A stretch of DNA of 64,000 nt from NCBI GenBank assembly GCA_903813345.2, contig CAIIXF020000001.1, forward strand, positions 30,194,001 to 30,258,000, in the 5' to 3' direction. The notes under the pieces are model-generated. The model was given only the letters and a program-made list of their open reading frames with translations. It was not told where the DNA came from and ran no database searches. How positions within the stretch are numbered: the first letter of the stretch is position 1; each line of letters starts with the position of its first letter. A program made the translations under genes and the position numbers. The stretch comes from Owenia fusiformis. Its lineage: Eukaryota. Positions 38,220 to 53,100 of the stretch are shown here, piece after piece.

Positions 38220-40355
38220 ACAAATAAAATGCTTAAACTGGTGGCAGATTCACTTGATGCAGAACTTCATAAACTTTTTAAACTCATTCTTACTAAAGGC
38301 AAATTTCCTAATTGTTGGAAGCAGGGCATTATTGTCCCCATTTTCAAAAATAAATCCTCAAAAGTTGACCCAGGGAACTATCGGCCAGTTTGCCTTTTAA
38401 GTAATATTTCCAAAATTTTTGAACGCGTCATATATGATTCAATATTCAAACATGTGTCATCTAACAATCTTTTGTATCAGAACCAATCTGGGTTTTTACC
38501 TGGGCATGACACTCAGAAACAACTTGTATCTATTGTAAATATGATTACTTCAAATTTTGACCATAATATTTCTACTAGAGGGATCTTTCTTGATATTGAG
38601 GGTGCGTTTGACGGCGTCCCCCACTACTCACTTCTGCATAAGCTAAAATCATACGGTATCTGTGAGAACATTATTAATCTGATAGGGTCCTACCTTAATA
38701 ACAGAAAATTAAAAGTTAGGGTGAATGGTACAACTTCAATAAATTCAGATACTCTATATGACAATATTGATGGGACAATGGAAGGGATTCTAGGGACAGG
38801 AGGAAGGGATTTAGGGGGGTTTGACAAAGGAGTAATAAATTGTGGGGTTCCTCAAGGGTCAATATTAGGTCCCCTGTTTTTCTTACTTTATATCAATGAC
38901 CTAGCCGATGCAGTTTTAAATAGCACTCTGTACCTTTATGCTGATGATAGCTCAATTTTTCTACCTGTCAAAAAGGAGGACTCAGTTCATGAAACTTATC
39001 TAAAACTCCAAAGCGATGTTAATAGAATAGAGATCTGGTCAAAGACTTGGAAATTAAAATTTAAGACAAGTAAAAGTAAGGAAGTGTTTTTCCAGTCCAA
39101 AACTAGAACTCCAATTGCTCAAATTCCTATTGTGTTAAATGGTGACTCTATCCCTTTCACCAATAGTCACAAACATCTTGGTCTTATTTTAGACAAGGCT
39201 TTAAACTTTGAAGAACACATTAACAGTATAATTGTTAAATGTAACAGGATGTTGAACCCACTTATGGCACTAAAACATAACTTAAGATCACAACATCTAG
39301 AGAAGATTTATATGGCATTTATACTACCTCACTTAGAATATGGGAATATCATTTTTGATTGTGCAAACTTAAATTTACTTTCTAAATTGGATAGTATTCA
39401 GTATAGGGCAGCATTGATTGTCAGTGGATGTACCCAAGGTACAAATGCAACCAAAGTCACCTCATGCTTAGGTTGGAGGTCCCTAGGGGCCAGGAGGGAT
39501 GAAAAGAAACTATTGTTTACTTATGACGTCATAAATAACAACAAAATGCCTTCCTATGTAAACCAGGCCTTTTCTTTATATAGAAATCATAATGTAATGA
39601 ATAATGGAAATCGGTTACGCAGAGTCAGATCTTTTAGAATACCAGCTCACTGTAAGGCCAAGATCAGAAAGGGTACAGTGATATCTTGTATAACATCATG
39701 GGAGAAACTGCCTGGTGATTTGAAAGCTATCCAATCTAGAAATTGTTTTAAGTTTAACCTGAGGAAACATATTCAAAATTCTAAAATAAAGCTACCTACT
39801 CCAAAATTGCATCTTGATAGGAAGACTGAATCAACTTTGAATAAGACTCGATGTGACTTTATTTTTAGGCAGCATTTATTCACACATAATTTTAGAAACA
39901 TTGATATTCCAAGTTGTAATTGTGGCTTTAGATCACAGTCTACAATGCACCTATTATTACACTGCCCTCTATTCATTGTTCAGCGAAACTTGTTTTTGGA
40001 AGAACTTGGGGAACTGCCATCCTTTGATTTAACCGTGTTTGGTCAACTCAGACAGCAAGACAGGGTAAATTATTTGTTATACGGTGATTGCTCATTATCG
40101 TATCTGACAAATCAGAAAATTGTTGAAATGACTGCAGGTTTTCTGCAGTTAATTGTTACTATTTTAAATGAGTAAGTTTTTATTTTTATATACTTTTCTG
40201 CATTACCGAGTTGATCCTTAAATCTCATTGCAACTTCACTTTACATTATATAAATTCTTGACTACCAGGGCCAATAATGCATTGCTTCGGCCCTTGCTGT
40301 GTTTGTAATTTGTTTTGTTTAAATGATAATAAAAAAACTTTAAACCTAAAAAAAA
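38220..40355 (+). mobile_element. 5'-truncated CR1/L2-group LINE; uninterrupted RT ORF 38229-40175
   Basis: RT motifs NYRPVCLLS…KIFE, QSGF, FLDIEGAFD, GVPQGSILGPLFFLLYIND, YADD and HLGLILD, plus a C-terminal CNCG…HLLLHCP. A-rich tail. 11-bp TSD ACTGAGGCTTT at 38209-38219 and 40356-40366. No endonuclease domain. Confidence 0.93.
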
Positions 40356-41122
40356 ACTGAGGCTTTGAAATCTAGGATTCCCCAGGAAAATATGACGTCA
40401 TACTAATTAGCATAAGGATTTCCCTATTGGTGTGGGTCGAGCCTTGTTCGAAAACACAATCCATAAATACATGCTAATTTCTAAGGAGATAGGAAGTGTA
40501 TAACGTGTTTATCGATTTTGTTTAAAGATTTAATCAATTATCAAATTGTTTAAGTGGATAAAGTGGTCACACTTGCTTCAATTCATAGCGAAATCGACGG
40601 ATAGAAACTGACCGAATTCCCGATATCCTACCCCGTATTACTGTAGGCTATAAGCACAGTGACCTACAGAGGGCGCTATCACAAACAAGTACTGGACGAA
40701 CCGATAAATTCCCGGGTATTGTAACGCCCTTGGATGAAAGACTTCGATTATATGAATTTATAATAAAAGTTAAAATCCAATGATGTGTCATCACTACTCT
40801 TAAGTGTTCTAAGTTTCAATTGTTTGGCTAAGTTATGCCTATTCAGTATCAAACTGTATATCTGTTTCAAATAGCATAATACAGTATTTATGTGATATCA
40901 AGTAATCACATTGTATTATTAACATGTTTAGATCATCCACATGCATACATAGACCGATCATCTCTCTCCTACAAAAGAAACAGAATATTCAATATAGATA
41001 GTGCTGCAAATTATTGGGCGGAAGTACTTCAAGATAACAAAAAATGAACGACATTTTCGAAATTAATTGCGCCTAATAAAATGTAATTTCGCCTAGTTCT
41101 TACATATTATAACAAAGATACC

Positions 41123-44100
41123 ATGGAAGAAGATATAGTAGCAACACTGAGGGAACAAGATTTTCACAACGCAGTTCGCGAATACATCGTAAGTACAAGA
41201 AAAGTAGAAATGATACAATGAATTCTCAATTTTTTTCTTGCTGATTTTCACTGCAGATGATAACAAAAGTCAGACCAGAATATTGATTTGAAAGAAAATA
41301 ATCCATTTCGTATGGTCTGCAGTTCCATGTTTTGTTCTGATTTAGAGTCTTATAATAATCCTAAAAACAACAACAAGAGGCTCTCCCTGTATGGATAGCA
41401 CAATCAAGACCCCTCTGGACTTATCCCGTGCCAGGACTATAGTCCTGAGAATGTCTCAATCTTTTGCCTGTACGATTACAACATGGGAGAATTTTCTACA
41501 CTTCTTACATTTAAGATACCTACTTCAATAGATTCCTTGGTATTTTAGCATTCTTTTCGTGCAGTTGAATCCACAATTGTCTGGGTTTACATTATCCCGT
41601 GCCAGGACTATAGTCCTGCGAACCTCTTATTCTTTTGCCTGTACGATTACATGGGAGAATTTTCTACGCTTGCTTCTTACACACTTAAGGACAGGGTGCA
41701 TGTTGGGAAATTTTCGTGCATTCCTCAATTGAGTCACATGTTATTTTTCAAAGAAGAATAACTCCTTCCCCACATTGTCTACATTTTCCAGGTTTGCACA
41801 AAGAGTGCACTTATGTGCCTAGAAAAGCCTTGTGAGAATATTTGTTTTGTAAAATGTATAAAAAACGAAAAAATTCAGTGAAAAAAATTTCTGAAAATTT
41901 TCTGAATCTTTTCACTGAATTTTCATTATGTTTTCGCATAAATTAATTCAATCTGAAGTTTGAAAATACAGTGAAAGTCCTCCTGCAATAAAACAATGAA
42001 ATGGGCTGTAGTAGTTTCAATATGCTAGAAATCCCTTTTGCTATGCCGGGCATGCATCTCTTTTAAACCAGTGTTACAAATACAGGTTTTCTGTCAGGGG
42101 GAGCCATAAGCAACCCCAAAACAATGATTTGTTTTGAATTTGACAAAAATTGATGCAACTTCCTTTAAAGTTGAGGTAGAAGCTTCAAATAAAAAGCATT
42201 TTAAAGCTCTTTTTCTATCTACTGGTTGTATGTTTATTGGTTATGGAGAGCGGGTGCGATATACTTCCAAGGCCCCATAGAAACATATGTAATACAAACA
42301 AAAATATCAATATTGAATACAATCAATTTTTATCGGTACACCTACTTCTTCATTATAAACAGTGAAATGTACAAAGTACCATGAACTGATAATCGAAACA
42401 CAACCACACCATAATTATAGGATCACCACACATAGGTCTTAAGGGTTCTTAAAGTGAAGCATAATAGCGTTCAAAGATTGAGAAATGTCAAACATGACTT
42501 GAATTTTAGAAGAAAGATTGATCTTTCACGTCATACCCTCAAAGTAAGTTGAAGGATAAATCAGAGTCCCTTTGAAGCACTGTAAGCACAATACCCCTTG
42601 ATATTTTTACATAGGTAGGTGAATGTGATAGTGTTCATTTATCTACTTACTTACTGAAGGCTCTTACTTGCTCACATAAGCTCCTATTTATCAATGGAGT
42701 ATTTTGTCAGAATGTCTCCCTTTAATTATGAGATCAAATTTTGAATTTTCAACCTCAAACATAATTTAGACCTAAGGTTAATAAGTGTACATTCATATTG
42801 ACAAATAACAAATAATGTTCAAATAGGGCCTTTATTCTCTTTTGAAAGAATTGATCAGGTATTACATATCTAAAACTGTGTAGGTTATTCAACATCTCAA
42901 GAGAGAGGACTCTGAATAATATATCAGAATGACATTAATTGCAAGCCAACCCCTTATAAGTTATTTATGCTAACTAATCTACATTACATACAAAATATTG
43001 AGCAAATTAGAAAAAAAAGACTCAAGATAGAAATTATCAAGACTTCTGTTTTCATTTTGAAGATCATGGAACTGTACAATCTGTTGACAAGTTTTATCAA
43101 TATTTGATTACTTACTATTTATAATCAAGATTAGGGAGGTTGTATGCAGTTGTAATATGTTTACTGAACTTTAGAGTTTAGTCCCCTCGGTGAACTTTAA
43201 TCGGGACTAAGGTTCTGATCCAAAGTTCTGAATCTTTTGTTTCACATTCAACATGTTCTACTCTCGGATGTTAAAGTACATGTTCTACTCGAGGATGTTA
43301 CGTAGTATGTGTGTTAATGCATGGATACAAATATACAAGTCTTTCCTATTTCACATGAACAAATAGATTGTTTACTACAATATATACTGGCACCCTGGTT
43401 ACATGTATGTGTGCCTTTTTAACTACTCTCTGATGCCATAACAATGACATATGGGCCATTATTGGTAGCTATAGTATATACTAAACTATTAACTATACAA
43501 CTAGACATCTAGGCTAACTTTTAAGAACCATATGACATTTGAATATCTCAAAAGATCATGTACCATTAATTGGTATTAATTAATTGGTATACCTCTTTCC
43601 TAAAACATTTTTTGTAAGCTCTCAAAAAGGTACATGTCTGAATAAATCATCTTTCAGTGGCTGGACCTGGATATGGTATCAATATCAAAGATTATTTTCT
43701 TTGGCAATATTTACCTATTCATATATCTGTATTCTGGAAAGATTATATCCAAGAAATAAGAGTTAACATATGAACTGATTTGAGAGCTCTTAATAATCAT
43801 ACCCATTAAATAGATACATTTATGGCTTCAGGATCTGAGAGGTGTTTTTTAAGATAAAATTCAGCTCACTTACAAATCTCATCTAATAAATTAAGTTATC
43901 TGGATATAATGTAAGAAGTAAACCTTTCCAATGTGAAGATTACGATTATAAGTCCTTTATATAGTTTAATTTGAATTTTATCTATATGTACTAGAGGGTG
44001 CACCCCAGTTCTCCGAAACCCAGTTTTCCGAAACCCTGTCATGGGCATAGGTCATAGGGGCGGGGCTACTTAACTGTAATATTAGAGATGTCACGGAACA

Positions 44101-47100
44101 ACAAAAAAATCAGAATGGTTCTGAAAGCAGCCATTCAGGTTCATGATAAACAAATTCAATTTGAGACTTCTTCTTTGGTAAAGTAGATGGGTGAATATGT
44201 GGTTAAGCTCAATATGCAAAAAGGTCCAGAGGGGTCTTGATTGTGCTATCCTATGGTATAGAGCCTCTGTGGAAGGGTAAGATTTTTTGTTCCTGAACCA
44301 AACTAAAATTCTTAATTTTTGTTCCGTGTTCCATTCCAAGAGTGTTATTATGCGAGTCGGAACACAGTACCCGGAACACAATCTGGTATCCACAATCGGG
44401 TATCCGTGACACCTCTATGTGTCTATACTTGGCAGAGCTAGACTTTGAGTGCAGGGTAGTATGAAGAAGGAGTAAACTTGACATTTGGATTTCTCAAGAA
44501 TCAGCTGTGTACTAGAATATAGTACTTTCCAGTTCTGTTTATTTTAGAAGGTTGCTTGTACCTGACTGTACTTTAAATATATCTAATGCTTATTCCATAT
44601 TGCTATTTTTCTCTAGGATTTGAAATGATAAATACAGTTTTACAGTGTTTATAGATTTATACAAATGTTATTGTTTGTTCAACATCTTGAAAATTTCTCT
44701 CCTTTCTGTATTTTGCACTTTGAATTTGGCCAACATGACATTTTTCTTGTAGGAATTTGGTAGTAGTGTGGAACCCTTTAATATCTTATATGGATATTCT
44801 TACATTTTATACAAAGTAATAAGACAAATTCCAAATTTTAACCTAACACATATTATATGTTTAGATTTAGAAGTCAATAGTTGAAGATTTACGTCTTTCT
44901 AGTTTTTGTGTATGTTTTACATATACATGTAGAATGCACAACAATTCTTTAAAGGGTTTGGTTGAAGTGCAATCTATCCAGGTAATCTCACTTGGTATTT
45001 CTTACCTGTCTAAAGATCAATCATCTATTTAAAGAAGATAGCCTAGTAATTTCTTATTTGTCAGAAATTGGGATATTATTTGATTTTTCTATGACAAAAG
45101 TGATATATATTTCAAGGGCAAGACTATCAGTTATCACACGTTTCAGCATGTGATACAGGAAATATTCCACGAAAGGTAATACTGTATCATCCACGAAAGC
45201 GAAGCTTGAGTGGTGATACATTGTTACCCGAGTGGAATATTTCCTGTATCACATAAGCTGAAACGTGTGATGACGATTTTATCACATGTCTAGGAATTTT
45301 GAAGCATTTTGATTTGGTCAGTTATGATTGTGTTCAGTACTTCTGGTAACTATTATAATTTTTGATTTCGCTTTGAAACAATATGACGTCATACCGTTGT
45401 ATTCGTACTTGTTTGTGAAATAGTATGACGTCATATTGTTTTCCTTAGCTAGAAGTGATATAATAAGTGACGTCACATCGTTGCTATTGATCATCACTGG
45501 TTGCCTCTAGTAACGTGTGAGACGGCCATGTGAGACGGGAAAACTCACACGGTAATCCACCAATCAGATTACTGGAATTTGAATTTGATGTAGAATATGC
45601 AGTAGCCACATACCTATTGCCCAATCAAATTACTGGAATTTCACAGAGTATGTGATAAAATCGTCATCACACGTTTCAGCTTGTGTGATACGTCATTATT
45701 TCTTATTTGTCAGAAATTGGGATATTATTTGATTTTTCTATGACAAAAGTGATATATATTTCAAGGGCAAGACTACATGTAGCCTTTTTTCCTTTTCTGA
45801 TCTTGAATTATTACTGCCTTGACGTTGTACAATCTAATACATCACCGCTGATATTTTGATAAGTTATTCAGCGGTTTCGAGATTTCCATAATTCCTACGC
45901 TGTCAGGGGTATCGTGAAACTGTATTGATTGGCAGATCACATGGACACGACGTGTGACTTCATGCTGATTGACCAATCAAAACGTTATCAGGTTTACCTG
46001 CATAAACAGAGCAAATTACCCGTCTACGACTTGAAATGTTCAATAATCTGATCGAGTATTTATCCAGAGCGATGAAAATGCATGAAGACCGAGTCCATAA
46101 TCGTCGATCTGATTCAGTGATTGATCGGAATCTCAGTCTAGATCGTAGCCCGGGATTGTAGCTATCATGTTTGATCATTTCAGCGAACTTTTCAACGTTT
46201 CTTGTTGAAATCTTCTCACCTCCGGGTATCCAATCGATGCTCCCACATCCACTAAACTCTGATTGATCTTTATCTGGTAAAATATTTGTATTTTTATACT
46301 GAATTGTGCAAGATTTGTTCGTGAATTGTGTATTTGTTTTGACTGCATAATAATGAGCTGGTCAAATTTACTGACATTAACATTAGGTCGTTAAAGCATG
46401 TGGCTTTCTCATTGGTACAAGGCTGTCATAAAAGAAATCAAAAAAAGTAAAAGAGAACGACTTGGGCAAGGCTAGACTACCAGATACTTAAAGATCTTGT
46501 TAGGGAGTGGGAATTCTGGTTATAAGTTAACTAAAAAATGGGTATCACTGGTTCAGCCTAATATACAGAATGAAGAAGTTAAACAAAACTGTTTTAACAG
46601 TTATTGATTTCCTCTTAGGAAAGGACGTCAATGACCCATCTTCCCTTGCTAATGATAGATAAGAGATGGCCTGGTTAATCTCATCTAATGGTGCAATCAT
46701 TTCATATGTTCTCCCCCCCCCACCTACCCTCTCTGCATTATTGAACCTCTCCATCTCCATCTCTCTTCATCCTGATACTCATCACATCTCATTTCTTTTA
46801 GTTGAGGAAGAAGAAAATGCACAACTTTAGCACTCAATGGTGTCTCATAAGACTGCAGATTCTTCTTTGACTTGACTTGCCTGGTTCTATCAGTAAATAT
46901 ATGATGAACATATATTTTGAAATTGATACAAATAATTCATTTGTGTTTACATGTATTTTCAGATCACAGGTCTGCTGTTCATGATCTTATATGTCAGCTC
47001 CTATGCAACCATATGTGCCTACAGGAGAAAACCTGATAGGGAGGATTTATACAACATATTTCCAGGTAATAAAATGTATATACAGGTTGAACCAATAACA

Positions 47101-50100
47101 AACTTTCTCAACAACTTTCTCAATGCATTATGTTGGAATTTCATTCTATAGAGTCTTCAGAGGTATGTTCTTGGGCTTAATTGCTCAAAAATTGAATTTT
47201 AGAAACCTGTCTTTGTCATTTCTTATCAATTACAATCAAAATAATAAGACATATTACTAACAGGGATTATACAACTGTGATAGCAAATCATATTACTCAA
47301 ATAATGGCAAAGACAGATACCCCAATTACACTATACAGAAAATTGCATTTTGAAATGTTTTTGATCATCCATCACAAGTTAAAGCATACATCTAGACAGA
47401 AGATTTGTTTTACTCACAGTGGAAAATGAGTCTCTGAAAAAATCTAGCTATGCAATGGGTACTAGAGGTGTTAAGCCCATTAATGCCTAAGTCACATTTG
47501 CTCCACTTCATCGGCTGGCGCACGGCCGATTGTATGATTTCGTTCAAAACTGATTTCATCTTCCTTCAAATTGACCAAACATTTTTTTAAATCATGTACA
47601 AGTGGTATCGGTACAAGTGGTATCGATATGGAGAACTTTTTGAACACACGTTTCTCTTAAACCAGTCATAAAAGAATCTAAAACTTTAACACATCGTCAA
47701 TTTAATGGTCATCTTTTGAATGGTATCAATATAATTTGAAATATATATAATACTTTCATCTATATTGTTTTAGAAAACACATCAAACACTTGTTTTGTTC
47801 TTGGTATCATGTTTCCAGAGTGAAACGAAACATCTTTCCGAACCTCATTGGAACAAAACGACATAAACACAACATGTTTAGGTCTCTCAATATTGTAATT
47901 GTACAAAGGAAATTTTGGTTGATTTTAAAAAAGTATCTTGTTAATGAAATAAAAGGTTTATCTTGATTTTTATCTATTTTGGGGGGATTTTGTTTTAATT
48001 TTTTGAATACTTTTTTAAAATCAACCAAAAATACCTTTGTATAACTATAATATTGAGAGGTTTAAAAACATGTTGTATATGCTATTTTGTTCCAACAAGG
48101 TTCGGAAAGACATTTTATTTCATTCTCAAGAATTGGTAGAAAGGAGCAAAAACAATTGCACTAAAAAAACAAAATTGCATTAAATTGTTGTCAATCAGTC
48201 AACATTACATAAAATACCGTGTTTTTTTCCAGAATGTTTTCAATTATTGGTTTAAGAGAAAAAACTTGTTGAATTCAGTTCTCCATATCGATACCAATCC
48301 TTTGAGATTTGACCCTATATTTTGAACAAAATACCCAATCGGCCGGGTGCTGGTCGATGAATCGAAGCAAATGTGACCCAGGCATAAATGCAATATTTCT
48401 AGATTATGTAGTATGTTTATCATTAGCAAAGATTTAAGGCAGGTGGATTTAGCTCAATTATTGTTTTGGTTATTTGCAGAAATATTTGTTTTGGATTTGC
48501 ATTTATCTGCTTATATGTATGGTATTTGAAGTGCGGATATATTTGCTTTAGATTTGCCTTATATGTCCTATTGATATCAGCCTCACTGGCTTTCTTTACA
48601 AAAAAGTATAACAAGTACAAGTCAATGTGCTTTTATGTAAAGCATTTGAAGTTTGGTTATTCCTTGGTGTCAAAGTTACTTTCTAGTTTCTTGGGAGGTG
48701 TGCGAGACTCCATGGATTTGAGACATCTCAATCTCAATCATGTACACACATACAGTACTACTACATGTATGCTATATGTTTGTAATATTCTATTTGAAGT
48801 ACATGTAATATTGTTCATCTTGTGGTATTGCTGAAACACTCTATAACATTTAAAATTTTAAAAAGCTTGAATTGATTTTTTTAATGAATGTGTGAGTACA
48901 ATAAATTCTGTCAACGCCTATTGAAAGAGGATATTAATGTGAGTTTGACATTCTTTTTTACATGTTTATAGTTGGAGTATAATTATGTGTTTATAGCCTT
49001 GGCCTTGGTACTCGACTCACTCATCTAGTTAACGCCCTGCATCTTCTACTCATGACTTGTGTTTTGTGAGAAAATTGTTTGCCCCTTATGCCTTTTGTGT
49101 CAAATTATACTTTAAAACAAATTCTGTTTCTTGCCCGGCATCATCAATTTCATCTATCTGGAGGTAAGAGTTGATTAACTTTAAGAATTAACTAACTTTA
49201 TTTTGCTTTTATTAGGATATGAGATTCATTCTATAATTTCCTGCATTCCGACTGAGATGTAGGTTTACACATCGTACTAATCAATTCTGCTTAATTATAT
49301 AAATTCCATATGCTAAAGATTACTTGATCGCTCCTGTGTTATGAATCTTTGCTATTTTTACATGTAGCATTGGATGTATAACTCATTGAAAATTGGTATG
49401 AATATAATATCTGAAGTATCCTTTTAAACAGTATCAATTTTTTATCCTTTCAAACAGTATCAATTTTTTTGGATTAAAAAAGTTATTTTGCACACCTTGT
49501 ATAATGTTATATTGTAATCATGCTGGTTGGAGGTGGGTGGTCCATTAGGTGCCCCAAATTCCTGTCTATGTTCAAATGGATTTGAAAGCAGGATTGTCCT
49601 TTGGAATCTTATAGGTACATACGTGAAAAGTCTATACTTAAACTAAAAGACTGTGAGTTTTTAGGCAAATTATTAAGTTGTAATTGTAACTATTTTAGAT
49701 TCTCCTTCCTGAACTTATGATAAACCATGGCTTCTTGTTTCTTCTCAGCCATGTTGTGTCTTGTGAAAAAGAAAGATGCAATAAGTATATCTGAATGTCC
49801 TGAATTCTTGTCAGCGAATATACAGTTGAAGCATCTACATGATTTGATGTTCACATTCATTGTTAAATATTTGATTTATTCAGTGAGTTGTTATTTTTGC
49901 TTTGAATAGACGAGTCTAGATCAGAGACATGTTTGTATGTTTTATAGCAGCTTACTGAAAAGTTGTTTAGAACACAAGTCCCAAAAATATGAGAGTTAAT
50001 TATCCCATCGTACGAAGTTCGGAGGGATATAGGGAACGCCTCCGTCCGTCCGTCCGTCCGTCCGGGCAATAACTCAAATACCGTTGGCCCGATTTTGTTC

Positions 50101-53100
50101 ATATTTTGTACACATATACCCTATGGGAATAGAAGTTCTGCTCGAAAGCCAATTTTCAAAATGGCCGCTCATTTCAAAATGGTGGCCATTTTAGTGCCGA
50201 ATTTACAGTAATTTAGGTGCAATATGTAAAACTGTAATAGCAATATGTTTTAGCTGTAAAAAAAGTATATAGGACATTAATAAAGCTAGAAATGTAGATA
50301 TTAAAGAAGCACATGGCAGCCATCTTGAAAAATGGCAGCCTTTACTCGTTATTTTATGATTTTTGCTGTAACTCGAAGAGTAGTGGAGCGATTTTGTTCA
50401 TATTTGGTATGTGAATATTATAAACATTGCACACTGTCTAAAGACACTTTTAGTAGAAGGTGGCCATTTTGAAAAATGGCCGCCATTTTGAAAAATGGCC
50501 ACCATTTTAACGTATTTTACTATAACTCGAAAAGTAGTGGAGCGATTTTGTTCATATTTGGTATGTGAATACTATAAGCATGACACACTGTCCTATGACA
50601 CTTTTGGTAGAAGGTGGCCATTTTGAAAAATGGCCGCCATTTTAACATATTTTACAATAACTCGAAAAGTAGTGAAGCGATTTTGTTCATATTTGGTATG
50701 TGAATACTATAAGCATGGCACACTGTCTAATGACACTTTTGGTAGAAGGCGGCCATTTTTCAAAATGGCCGCCATTTTAACATATTTTACTATAACTCGA
50801 AAAGTAGTGGAGCGATTTTGTTCATATTTGGTATGTGAATACTATAAGCATGACACACTGTCCTATGACACTTTTGAAAGGAGGCGGCCATTTTGAAAAT
50901 AATTTTGAAAAATGGCCGCCATTTTAACGTATTTTACTATAACTCGAAAAGTAGTGAAGCGATTTTGTTCATATTTGGTATGTGAATACTGTAAGCATGG
51001 CACACTGTCTAATGACACTTTTGGTAGAAGGCGGTCATTTTTCAAAATGGCCGCCATTTTAACGTATTTTACTATAACTCGAAAAGTAGTGGAGCGATTT
51101 TGTTTATATTTGGTATGTAAATACTATAAGCACGGCACACTGTCTTATGGCATTTTTGGTAGAAGGTGGCCATTTTGAAAAATGGCCGCCATTTTAACTT
51201 TTTTACTATAACTTGAAAAGTAGTGGAGCGATTTTGTTCATATTTGGTATATATGAATACTATAAGCATGGCACATGGTCTAATGACACTTTTGGTAGAA
51301 GGCGTCCATTTTGAAAAATGGCTGCCATTTTTGCTATATACTTTGTTTCTAAAAATGCCATCCATGGCTGTTCGATGGGATTCGCTACGCTTTGGCGTTG
51401 CCGTTGTTCTGGTTGCCCTTAAAAGTTTGTACATCATACAGAAAAATACAGAACCTGTACAAAATACAGGAATACTAGATTAACTAAAATAAACTCAGTA
51501 GACTGTTTTATACCAAAGAGGAGACAGTTTAGATTGGTCCTGTTAGAATATGACACATAATTAAATAGTCAGATTCAAGTAGACATTGCATCAGATAATC
51601 CCATTGTGATTAGATAGCTGAATAATTTAGTCTGCTTAACTAATTATTCGATGACACAAATCTCTTAAGCCAATAGTCTGAGCAAATGTCACTTTGATAT
51701 CTTAAAAAGATGTGATCTCTGAAATCAGTTCAATTTTTTGTTGATTTTATTCCTTGGATTTTAGAAAAGCAGATTATTATCCCAGAAACTGGAGTCTATT
51801 GAGTAATGGCTCATTTTTAATCACTGAACAATATAATACAGTAATATGACCAGCATGAACAGGCAAATTCCTCTGTAGAAAACAAACATTTTTTCAATAT
51901 ATATTTATTTTAGGTTAAAAAATGTGAAATTGAGTTTTAATATAAAACTGAGTTTGAATTCTCATTTATGACAAAACATACATGTATGTTCTTACATTGT
52001 CCAAACTTACAATAATAAATATAAAACGTTAATACAAAGCAAATAAAAATATATATTATCAAAATAACCATTGTTTGGTATGTTCTGTTTTCATTCCTCA
52101 CCCGGATTACATTCCTAATATATAGTAAACTCACTAGGCTCTCAACATCATATTGATCCAGTATGTATTAACATTACAGACATTCTATTTCTCACGTCAA
52201 ATTATGACTGGCATCCAAAGGCTTTTTTTATGACTGGCATCAATGCTTTTTGTGTGTAATGATTTTTTGAGAGCTTTGACCAAAGAAGAAACAAGAGATC
52301 ATTTTAAAAAATGAAGGCTCGTGTGAAGGAGATGTTTGCAGTGTTGTAATGAATTGTATTGATAAATAGGGATGCTTACTTTTAACATGGTTGTAATTTA
52401 CAGAACGGCAAAAGTAGAAAAAATACGAACATTTTGAACTGATTAAGATCTTTAAATTGTGAAGGTCTGAGTACCTGGACCTCTTAGAAAACATCCAAAC
52501 ATATCAAAAAGTGAAGATGGGTCAATTTGATTCTCGTTCTCCGAAGATATTAATAAAATAGTGAAATGTTTTCAATGCTGTAAATTGTTCACAATTCTAA
52601 ATCAAGAAGTCGCTCGTATTTCTGTCGTATTTAGGAAATCATGTTGCCGAAAATCAGTGCACAGTGTTCATGGTGTTGTTGTAAAATTGCCTATATGTCA
52701 TTTGAAACCCTCTCTAATGCAATTTTATTATAAACTAACACCTTAGGGTTAAACTATTGCTCGAGGAATTAACTCATTTTCATCAATAAATATTAATCCA
52801 TCAGGTTTTCTACTATACTAGTAAACTAACGTTTAAACCTCAGTCCATTGTCATTATCACTTACTACTAAACCCAAGTGAGATATGGCTCTTGCCTCAGC
52901 ACGAGCCAATAAATATATGTTTTAACATGGTTGAATTGCTCAGAGGTCAATACAGTACAGGGTATTGTATTTTAGGGTTCGGTCTGACTTAGATTAATGA
53001 CTTTATATTAATATGACTTATATGTTCAATAACACATCATTAATACTCATATTTTCAGGATATGAGTCCCCTAGGAAATATAATATTAGATCACTGCAAA

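Noticed and set aside
44083..44417. Solo LTR (TGTCACGGA…TCCGTGACA)
   Set aside because: The inverted repeat extends outward to TAGAG…CTCTA and no 4-6-bp TSD flanks the TG/CA. It is more likely a decayed hAT-like MITE.
50630..51483. Repeated MAAIL… ORFs
   Set aside because: Translations of the 126-bp satellite units (AAAATGGCCGCCATTTT palindrome), not a gene.
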